From an uncultured Gemmatimonadales bacterium (lineage in GTDB: Bacteria > Gemmatimonadota > Gemmatimonadetes > Gemmatimonadales > GWC2-71-9), in contig CAWCFX010000004.1 in the NCBI GenBank assembly GCA_963795085.1, forward strand, positions 672,001 to 736,000: a stretch of 64,000 nucleotides of DNA. Reading direction: 5' to 3'. The position numbers and the translations under genes were made by a program. Position 1 is the stretch's first letter. Each line of letters starts with the position of its first letter. Below the pieces are notes generated by a model, which was given only the letters and a program-made list of their open reading frames with translations, did not search any database and was not told the origin of the DNA. This document shows positions 49,991-58,600 of this stretch, in pieces.

Positions 49991-50147
49991 GGCAGGTCTG
50001 ACGTGTCGGGATCCCATAGGGTTGCCCCAGGGCCGGCCGGGCGGACCAGGACCGGTTGGTTTATCCGCCGTCGGGCCCGCCCAGCTGCCCCGCGCGGTTC
50101 CCGGTCGCCGGTCCGCCGGTCCGGCCCCCGCTCCTTATATTCCTTCC

Positions 50148-50726
50148 ATGCCGCCCGCGATCTCCGACCTCGTCCACCGGGCTGAATCAGACCCCGCCGC
50201 CGCGGATCAGTTGTTTGCCCTGCTGTACGGCGAGCTGCGCCGGCTGGCCGATCATCATCTCCGCAGGAACGCCGGTCTCACCCTCAGCACCACCACCCTG
50301 GTCCACGAAGCGTGGCTCAGCATGTCCGGGCGGAAGGATGTCGAGTTTCCCGACCGCTCCAGGTTCTTCGCCTACGCCTCCCGCGCCATGCGGGGACTGG
50401 TGATCGACCGTGCCCGCCGCCGTGCTGCCCGGAAGCGGGGGCGCCAACTGGAGATTACTCTCGAAGAGGGCGTGGACGGTGCCGCGGTCCAGGCCGCGGC
50501 CGATCTTCCCGCCCTGGGTGAAGCGCTTGAGGAGTTGCAGGCGCTCGATCCCCGCCTGGCAGAACTGGTGGACCTGCACTTTTTCGCGGGCTTTTCCTTC
50601 GCGGAAATCGCCGGCTTCCGAACGGTCTCCGAGCGAACGGTCCAGCGGGACTGGAAGAAGGCGCGGTTGCTGCTTCACCGGATGCTCCGGGATACCGGCG
50701 CCGCCGGCTCACTGGCCGGAGACTAG
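50148..50726 (+). CDS. ECF sigma factor (TIGR02999-like, kinase-associated type)
   Basis: LY.ELRRLA, TL..T.LVHEAWL, FF..A.RAMR..ID.AR...A.KRG, FFAG....EIA......RTV.RDW..AR. Confidence 0.93.
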   Translation: MPPAISDLVHRAESDPAAADQLFALLYGELRRLADHHLRRNAGLTLSTTTLVHEAWLSMSGRKDVEFPDRSRFFAYASRAMRGLVIDRARRRAARKRGRQLEITLEEGVDGAAVQAAADLPALGEALEELQALDPRLAELVDLHFFAGFSFAEIAGFRTVSERTVQRDWKKARLLLHRMLRDTGAAGSLAGD

Positions 50727-53372
50727 GCTCCGGCCCAGCCGAGCCCCGAGCGCGCGCGCCTCCAGCGTTCGGGCATGACCCGCTCCGTATCCGCGCGTCA
50801 GGGCGGCAATGGCGCGATCGAGATCCATCGCGACCCGGGACGTGTCGCCTCTCGCCCGCCTCGCCTCCGCACCCACCAGCAGCGCATAACCGATGATCCC
50901 GCTTTCGCCCTCGAGGTGCCCCTCCCCGCGGGCCAGCCGGAGGGCATGGGCCGAGAGCGTGTCGGCCGCGACCGCATCGCCGTCCTGCCGCGCCATGATG
51001 GCGGCGTCGAGGACCAGGTTGGCGAAATGGGTGGTGCTGCGGCCCCGCCCGGGGAACCCCCGCGCAATCAACACGTCCAGGTAGCGCCGGCGGGCTTCCT
51101 TTCCTTGCCCTTCGGCGAAGAGCAGCCGGGCGCCGAGGAGGTCGCGGCGCCAGGTCAGTCGGGGGGGGAGCACGGTGTCCAGCGCCTGCAGATACTCCCG
51201 GGCATCCTGAAGCCGTCCCCGCTCTATCAGTACTGGAATCAAAGCGGTCAGCGCGCGCAGCTGATACGGCGCATCGTTACGAGCCCGGCTCTCGGCCAGC
51301 CCCCGGTTCAGGGTGGCCAGCGCGGAATCGGTCTGCCCCAGGTCGGCTGCCAGGCCGCCCGCGAACAGCGTTACATAGGTGGGCACCCGCCGCTCCGGGT
51401 CTATGCCGCCGGCCAGGTCCACCACCCCTCTGAGCGTGGCGTCCGCGTTTCGCTTCTCGCCCAGCCAGGACAGGAGGCTCGCCTCGTTGTGACGTTCGAC
51501 CACCATGTTGAGGGTGGATCCCCGCCCGGTCTGCTGCAGGGCGCGAATCAGCTCACGGGTCTTGACCAGCGCCTCCCGCACCTGGCCGTCGTCGTGGAGG
51601 GCCCGGGCCAGTTCGTTCACCGCCCCCAGGTGGGCGGATGACAGGGTGTCGCCGGCGGCCTGCCCCAGCGCAATCGCCGCGCCGGCGCTCGCGACCGCGG
51701 ATTCGGTATCGCCCAGGAACCGGGAGAGGGCCGACCGGGCCCTCAGGCACTGGACCCGGGGCGTAATGATCTCGGCCGACAGGCTTTCGATATATCCGGT
51801 GGCCCGGGCCAGGTGCCCTTCCGCCCCCGGGACATCGCCATCGTCGGCGGCGCTCTTCGCCAGCCGGCAGGCTGCCAGGGCCGCGGTTTCCTGGTCGCCG
51901 GAGGCGAGCGCCAGGGTTTCGCCCCGGGTAAGGAGGGGAAGCTCTCGTTCCCGGTCGTGCAATTCGAAATAGTGCCCGGCCAGCTCGACCATCATCTGGC
52001 CGGTAAACCGGGGATTCTGTGCGGCATTCTGCTCCAGCATCCGGCGGGTGTGGTCGAGCATTTCCTGCATCGTGTACGCCTGGCCGGTCGGCGCGATGTT
52101 CTGGAGGAGAAACTCCATCAGGGCGAGGGACGCGGCGGCTCGCCGGTCGTGGTACACCGCGATGTCCCGCTGGGTGCGGGCCTCGTCGCGCTGGGTGCGG
52201 GCTTCGCCCATCTGGACCAGCGAGAAGGCGGTCGCGCCGACCAGCCCGAGCAGCACGGCGGCGACAGTGATGACCGCGGTGCGGTTCCGGCGGATGAACT
52301 TGGCCCCCCGGTGCCACACCGAATAGGCCCGGGCGCTGACCGGCTCCCGCCGGAGGTAGCTGCCCAGGTCGGACGCAAAGGCGCCGACCGTCTGGTAGCG
52401 CTCGGCGGGCGGCTTCCGGAGCGCCTTGCCGACCACGTTGCCGAGATCGCCCAGCCCGAGGGGGGCCGGGTCGCGCTCCAGCACGGCACTCACCGCCTCG
52501 GACTGGCTGCGCGAGGGTTCGCTGGTGGGGTGGCGGCCGGCGATGAGGACATACAGGAGCACGCCCAGCGCATAGACGTCGGTCGCGGTGGTGAGCGTCT
52601 CGCCCCGGATCTGTTCCGGCGCCGCGAAATCCGGAGTGAAAACCCGGCCGCCTTCGAGGGTCAGCGCGGTGCGGTCGCCACCCGACTCATCGTCCAGCAG
52701 CTTGGCAATGCCGAAATCGAGCAGCTTTACCTGGCCGGCCGGGGTCACCAGGATATTGGACGGCTTGAGGTCGCGGTGGACGATCAGGTTGGCGTGGGCA
52801 TGCTCCACCGCGTCCAGCACCTGCAGGAAGAGCCGGATGCGGCCATCCAGCGACAGGTCCATGTCCTGGACGAAGCGGTCAATCGGTTTCCCCTCGACAT
52901 GCTCGAGGACCAGGTAAGGCTGTCCGCTCTCGCTTACCCCCGCGTCCAGCAGCCGCGCGATGCCGGGATGCGTCAGCCGGGCCAGCACCGAGCCCTCCCG
53001 GTGAAACCGTTCCTGCCCGGTCGGGCTCACCAACCCCAGGTTCAGGATCTTGACCGCGGACGCGCCCTCGAACTGGCCGTCCGCCCGGTGAGCCAGCCAC
53101 ACCGTCCCCATGCCCCCCTGGCCCAGCAGCCGGTCCAGCCGGTACGCCCCCAGCTGCATGCCTTCCAGGGTGCCGCCCGGCGGCGCGGTCAAGAACCCCC
53201 GCCGGTCGGCGTCCGACTCTTCGGCGAGGATGGCGACGATCTGCGCGCCCAGTTCCGGGGAGCGGGTGCACAGGTCCCGGACCCACGCGCTCCGCTCCTC
53301 TGGATTGAGATCGAGCGCGTGGTCCAGCAGCGGCTCCAGTTCCTGCCAGGTGTTCCCGGGAAAGAGCGACAT
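50709..53372 (-). CDS. Membrane Ser/Thr kinase with TPR sensor region
   Basis: GQGGMG.V, AVKIL, HRDLKPSN, DFG, APE; TM after the kinase; TPR-like helices. Confidence 0.93.
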   Translation of the reverse strand: MSLFPGNTWQELEPLLDHALDLNPEERSAWVRDLCTRSPELGAQIVAILAEESDADRRGFLTAPPGGTLEGMQLGAYRLDRLLGQGGMGTVWLAHRADGQFEGASAVKILNLGLVSPTGQERFHREGSVLARLTHPGIARLLDAGVSESGQPYLVLEHVEGKPIDRFVQDMDLSLDGRIRLFLQVLDAVEHAHANLIVHRDLKPSNILVTPAGQVKLLDFGIAKLLDDESGGDRTALTLEGGRVFTPDFAAPEQIRGETLTTATDVYALGVLLYVLIAGRHPTSEPSRSQSEAVSAVLERDPAPLGLGDLGNVVGKALRKPPAERYQTVGAFASDLGSYLRREPVSARAYSVWHRGAKFIRRNRTAVITVAAVLLGLVGATAFSLVQMGEARTQRDEARTQRDIAVYHDRRAAASLALMEFLLQNIAPTGQAYTMQEMLDHTRRMLEQNAAQNPRFTGQMMVELAGHYFELHDRERELPLLTRGETLALASGDQETAALAACRLAKSAADDGDVPGAEGHLARATGYIESLSAEIITPRVQCLRARSALSRFLGDTESAVASAGAAIALGQAAGDTLSSAHLGAVNELARALHDDGQVREALVKTRELIRALQQTGRGSTLNMVVERHNEASLLSWLGEKRNADATLRGVVDLAGGIDPERRVPTYVTLFAGGLAADLGQTDSALATLNRGLAESRARNDAPYQLRALTALIPVLIERGRLQDAREYLQALDTVLPPRLTWRRDLLGARLLFAEGQGKEARRRYLDVLIARGFPGRGRSTTHFANLVLDAAIMARQDGDAVAADTLSAHALRLARGEGHLEGESGIIGYALLVGAEARRARGDTSRVAMDLDRAIAALTRGYGAGHARTLEARALGARLGRSLVSGQ

Positions 53373-53383
53373 GTATCCGTTCA

Positions 53384-53445
53384 ATCGAAAGTCCCGCGAC
53401 CCGCACGACAGGCCCGCCTGTCAGGAGGCCGGGGTGGAATACGAT
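53384..53445. promoter_or_regulatory. Back-to-back candidate ECF promoters TGTCR-N18-CGAT
   Basis: Minus: TGTCG (53410-53406) N18 CGAT (53387-53384). Plus: TGTCA (53419-53423) N18 CGAT (53442-53445). Confidence 0.5.
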
Positions 53446-53494
53446 ATAGGCAGGGAGGGGACAACTCAACCCAACATCCGATGGCAGGTACCCC

Positions 53495-54868
53495 ATGCTT
53501 CGTCTCCCGCGTCACCTCCCGTGGTTGGTTGCTATCTCGTTCGCATCATTGAGTTTGGCCGCATGCTCGGAGGACGATCGCCAGTCCGCCACCGCCCCGG
53601 ACCTGGCCGCCGCCCACGCCCTGAGCCTGCCCGACTCGGTTCGGGCGCTGGCCGCCGGCCGGGGGATCGGGCCGCTGCCGACCCCCTCCACCGTTCGTCC
53701 GGCCCTGGTCCGGCTGGGCCAGTTTCTCGCGTTCGACAAGATTCTCTCCGGCAACCGGGACATCGCCTGCATGACCTGCCACATGGCCGAATTCGGGACC
53801 GGCGATGGACGGAGTCTTTCGGTTGGCCAGGGCGCGAGCGGGCTGGGGAAACGCCGCAACCACCCCCAGGGGCTCTTCATTCCCAGGAACGCACCGCCCC
53901 TCTTCAACATGACCGCCCTCACCACACTGTTCTGGGACGGGCGGGTAACCACGGACAATCTGGGGAACTTTCACACCCCGGCTGGTGCCGAGCTGACTGC
54001 GGAGATGGCCGGTGTGTTCGAGTTCGGGCCGCTGTCCGCGCTGCCATTGTTCCCGGTGCTCTCCCGCGAAGAGATGCGGGCGTTCAGCGGCAACGAGCTG
54101 GCTGACGTGCCGGACGCCGACCTGCAGGGAACCTGGTCCCTGCTGATGCAGCGGCTGGGGGCGATACCGCAATACCGGGCCCTGTTCGAGGCCGCCTATC
54201 CGGGAACCGCATTCGACGACATGACCTTCGCACATGCCAGCAACGCTATCGCGGGGTTCATCATCCAGAAGCTCAACTTCAGCAACACACCGTGGGACCG
54301 CTTCCTGGCTGGAAACGACCGGGCCATGAACGAGCGACAGCTGGAAGGAGCCCGGCTCTTCATGGAACTGCGCTGCTCCATCTGCCACAACGGCCCGGCC
54401 TTCACCGATAACCAGTTCCATAACGTGGCGCTGGCCCAGTTCGGCCCCGGCAAGGGCAATGGCCCGGGGCTGAACGACGATTTCGGGCGGATGAACGTGG
54501 ATGGCCGCCCGGAGTCGCAGTACGCCTTCCGAACCACGCCGCTGCGCAACGTGGTGCTCTCGGCGCCGTACGGGCACGATGGGGCCTTCTTCAGCCTCCG
54601 GGACTTCATCGGGCACTACAGCGAGTCCGACCTCAAGCTGCGGGCCTTCGATCCCATGGGCCTGGAGCAGCTTCTCCAGGGCACCCTGCTGGCCAACGCG
54701 GACGCCATCCTGGCCACTCGGGATACTATCCTTGATGGCGTGGTTATCCCCGATGCCCTGGTGGACCAGCTGGTTGATTTCATGTCCGCCCTGACCGACG
54801 ACCCGCGAAACTACCCCAGCGTGGTGCCGAAAAAGGTGCCGAGCGGGTTGCCGGTGGACGCACCTTAA
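53495..54868 (+). CDS. Di-haem cytochrome c peroxidase/MauG-family lipoprotein
   Basis: LAAC lipobox; LG..L.FD..LSG, CMTCH, RNAP, FWDGR, CSICH, FRT..LRN...APYGHDG. Confidence 0.92.
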   Translation: MLRLPRHLPWLVAISFASLSLAACSEDDRQSATAPDLAAAHALSLPDSVRALAAGRGIGPLPTPSTVRPALVRLGQFLAFDKILSGNRDIACMTCHMAEFGTGDGRSLSVGQGASGLGKRRNHPQGLFIPRNAPPLFNMTALTTLFWDGRVTTDNLGNFHTPAGAELTAEMAGVFEFGPLSALPLFPVLSREEMRAFSGNELADVPDADLQGTWSLLMQRLGAIPQYRALFEAAYPGTAFDDMTFAHASNAIAGFIIQKLNFSNTPWDRFLAGNDRAMNERQLEGARLFMELRCSICHNGPAFTDNQFHNVALAQFGPGKGNGPGLNDDFGRMNVDGRPESQYAFRTTPLRNVVLSAPYGHDGAFFSLRDFIGHYSESDLKLRAFDPMGLEQLLQGTLLANADAILATRDTILDGVVIPDALVDQLVDFMSALTDDPRNYPSVVPKKVPSGLPVDAP

Positions 54869-54869
54869 A

Positions 54870-55100
54870 CACGGCGTAAGACAGGGCGGTATATCAGGGC
54901 GGTAAGACAGGGCGGTAAGACAGGGCGGTATAACAGGGCGGTATAACAGGGCGGTATGACTCCAATGACCCACTGTCCCACTGTCCCACTGACCCACTGT
55001 CCCACTGTCCCACTGACCCACTGTCCCACTGTCCCACTGACCCACTGTCCCACTGTCCCACTGTCCCACTGCCCCACTGACCCACTGACCCACTGACCCA
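54870..55100. repeat. Composite tandem array: 6 x 13-mer CAGGGCGGTA[AT]NN then 16 x 8-mer CCCACTG[TAC]
   Basis: 13-mers at 54882-54959; 8-mers at 54969-55096. Confidence 0.95.
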
Positions 55101-55111
55101 AGGATCTCTGC

Positions 55112-55558
55112 ATGCGAACTCAGCTTTTTTCTCTTCTTTTCCTGGGCGCCGCGGCGCCCCTTATGGCCCAGGCGCACGCTCCCGAGGTCAAATGGGGCCC
55201 GGCGCCGACGGTGTTCGCCCCAGGAGCCCGGCTTGCCGTGCTGCACGGGGATCCTTCCGGCACCGGCGAATTCACCGTCCGGCTCGAGCTGCCGGGTGGC
55301 TACTTCATCGCCCCCCATTCCCACCCCGGCAACGAGCACGTCACGGTTATTTCCGGGCTGCTCCGGGTAGGGATGGGCGATGCCGAGGATATTGCCAAGA
55401 CCATGGTATTCAAGCCGGGCGAGTTCGGCAGCATTCCCGGGGAGATGCCCCACTATGCGCGGGCGCTCGAAAAGACCGTCGTCCAGATCCACGGCGTCGG
55501 GCCGCTGGGGCTGACCTACGTGCATCCCAAGGACGATCCACGAACGGCGGGGCAATAG
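55112..55558 (+). CDS. Secreted cupin (DUF4437-like)
   Basis: Signal peptide; GA..AVL.GDP...G.F..RL..P.GY...PH.HP..E.VTVISG...H. Confidence 0.88.
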   Translation: MRTQLFSLLFLGAAAPLMAQAHAPEVKWGPAPTVFAPGARLAVLHGDPSGTGEFTVRLELPGGYFIAPHSHPGNEHVTVISGLLRVGMGDAEDIAKTMVFKPGEFGSIPGEMPHYARALEKTVVQIHGVGPLGLTYVHPKDDPRTAGQ

Positions 55559-55668
55559 ACATCAGCGGACAAACCGGGCGGGTGTAACGGGCGGGCCATT
55601 TACTGATATTCCGGCCCGCCCGTTTGCTCGCCCTTTACGCCGGTCTGCGAGGCGGTTCAATTCTGGGC

Positions 55669-58600
55669 ATGGCTACTCCATTCCCCCAGTCGGCGGGTCA
55701 GCGGCCCGACCGTGCCGGGCCGGCCATGCGCGACCTGATCGACGCCTTTGACTGGCCGTCTTCCCCGCTGGGCCCCCGGGATACCTGGCCTCAGAGCCTT
55801 CGTACCACCGTCGATCTCGTGCTCGCCTCCGGGTTCCCGATGTATGTCTCCTGGGGCCCCGACTACATCCAGCTCTACAACGACGCCTTCCGGCCGATCC
55901 TCGGCAGTACCAAGCATCCCGAGGCCCTGGGCAACAGTTCCCGGCTCACCTTCCATGAAATCTGGGACGTGATAGGCCCCATGTTCGAGGAGGTCAAGGC
56001 CAGCGGCAAGGCGACGACGCAGGCCGATGCCATGATGCCGCTGGACCGGCACGGATTCCTCGAGGAATGTTACTTCACCTTTTCCTACAGCGCGATCACC
56101 GCGGAAGGCGGAAAGGCGGGCGGTGTGCTGGTGACCTGCACCGAGACGACGGAGCAGGTCCTGAGCGAGCGGCACCTGCGGACCCTGCGGGACCTGGGCA
56201 GCGTGTCCGCGCGGGCCCGCAGCACCGCGGAGGCCTGCGCCCTCAGCGTCGAAACCCTGGCGCTCAACCCCCACGACGTCCCCTTCACGCTGCTTTACCT
56301 GGTCGACCACCAGGCCCGCCGGGCCCATCTGGCCGGGAGCGCCGGCCTGGCGGCTGCCTCGCCGGTCGCGCCCTTGTCGGTGGATCTCTCTCCGGGTACC
56401 TCGGCCTGGCCCCTGTGCCAGGCGGCCGAATCCGGACAGCGGCTTCCCGTCGAGTGTCCGCCTGGCCTCTTCGGCGCGCTCCCCGGGGGGCCCTGGCCGG
56501 AACCTGCCCATCGGGCGGTCGTGCTGCCGGTCGCAGGGACCGGCGACGAGGCGCTCGCCGGCCTGCTCATCACCGGCGTGAGTGCCCGGCGCCCCCTCGA
56601 CGACAGCTATCTCCGCTTTCTCGACCTGGTCGCCGGAAACATCTCCACCGCCATCGGCAATGCCCGCGCCTATGAAACCGAGCGGCGGCGCGCCGAGTCG
56701 CTGGCCGAACTGGACCGGGCCAAAACGGCGTTCTTCTCCAATGTGTCCCACGAGTTCCGGACCCCGCTCACCCTCCAGCTGGGTCCCATCGAGGACGTCC
56801 TGGCCGACGCGGAGCATCCGGTGGATCCGGTCAATCGGAACCGGCTGGAAATGGCGCACCGCAACAGCCTGCGGCTGCTCAAGCTGGTCAACACGCTGCT
56901 CGATTTTTCCCGGATCGAGGCCGGCCGGGCCGATGCCGCCTACGAGCCGACCGATCTCGCCGCGCTGACGCGCGACCTGGCCAGCAGCTTCCGGTCGACG
57001 ATGGACCGGGCCGGCCTCGCGTTCGTCGTCGAGTGCGAGCCGCTGCTTTACGAAATGTTCGTGGACCGGGAGATGTACGAGAAGATCGTGCTCAACCTGC
57101 TGTCCAATGCCTTCAAGTTCACCCTGCAAGGACAGGTCTCGGTCTCGCTTCGCCAAGACCAGGGGGCGGCGTGCCTGGAGGTCCGCGACACCGGGGTCGG
57201 CATTCCTGCCGATTCGCTCCCCCGGATGTTCGAACGGTTCCACCGGATCAAGGGGCAGGGCGGGCGGACCCAGGAGGGCAGCGGGATCGGCCTGGCCCTG
57301 GTCCAGGAGCTGGTCAAGCTGCACCACGGGCGCATCGACGTCGAGAGCGAGCCGGGCCGGGGATCGACCTTCCGGGTTTTCCTGCCGGCCGGCTCCTCGC
57401 ACCTGCCTCCCGACCGCATCGGTGGCCGGAAGAGTCTCGACGCCACCACGCTGCGCGCCGAGCACTTTCTCGAGGAGGCGCTGCGCTGGTTGCCGGAGGG
57501 TGACCGGGCGTCTCGCCCCCTCGCTCCCCCCGCGGCGCGAACCGCCCCCAGTCCCCCGCCGGTCGACGGCGATGTCGTCTTCGTGGTCGACGACAACGCG
57601 GACATGCGCGACTATCTCGGGCACCTGCTGGGGGGCCGCTACGCGATCCGGGCCTTCAACCGCGGCGACGCGGCCCTCGAGGCGGCGCGCGCCGATCCAC
57701 CCGGCCTGGTCGTCAGCGATGTCATGATGCCGGGACTCGACGGGTTCGGGTTGCTGCGCGAGCTTCGCGCCGATGCCCGGACCGGCTCGGTCCCGGTCAT
57801 ACTGCTCTCCGCTCGCGCCGGCGAGGAAGCGCGGGTCGAAGCCCTGGCCGCCGGGGCGGACGACCACATGGTGAAGCCTTTTCTCGCCCGTGAGCTGCTG
57901 GCGCGGGTGGACGCGCACGTCGCCCTGGGACGCGCGCGGCTGGAGGCGCGGGAACGAGAGACCACCCTGCGCACCCAGGCGGAGAGCGATCGCCGCCGGC
58001 TACGCGAGTTCATCCAGCAGGCCCCGGCGTCCATCCTCATCGTGCGGGGTCCCGGCCACATCGTCGAACTGGTCAACCGGAACGCCGCCATCGCGACTGG
58101 CCGGCCGCCCGAAGCCCTGGTGGGCCGGCCCCTGACGGAAGCGCTGCCGGAGGTTGCCCAGCAGAAGTACGCCGCGTTGCTGGACCGGGTCTACCGGACC
58201 GGCGAGCCCCACGCCGAGCGGGATGCCCGGCTGCGGATCAGTCCCGGCGAAGGGCGAGACGATTACGATATCTATTTCGACTACGTCTACCAGCCGCTCA
58301 AGGACGCCGATGGCCAGGTGACCGGCATCCTGCTGCACGGGGTGGACGTCACCGACCGGGTCCGGGCCCGGACCCAGACCGAGGCGAGTCAGGCCCAACT
58401 CCGGCTGGTCACCGACGCCCTGCCCGGCCTGGTGACGTACATGGACCGGGAGTACCGATACCATTTCAGCAACCAGGCCTACCGCCACTGGTTTGGCATC
58501 GACCCGGCATCCATGATCGGCCGGACCGCCAGCGAGATCTTCGGCGCGGCCCAGTTTGCCCAGCGGCAAGGGTTCGTTGACCAGGCGCTCAAGGGCCAGT

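Noticed and set aside
54870..55100. CRISPR array
   Set aside because: Units are 8 and 13 bp, contiguous, without unique spacers; no cas genes.
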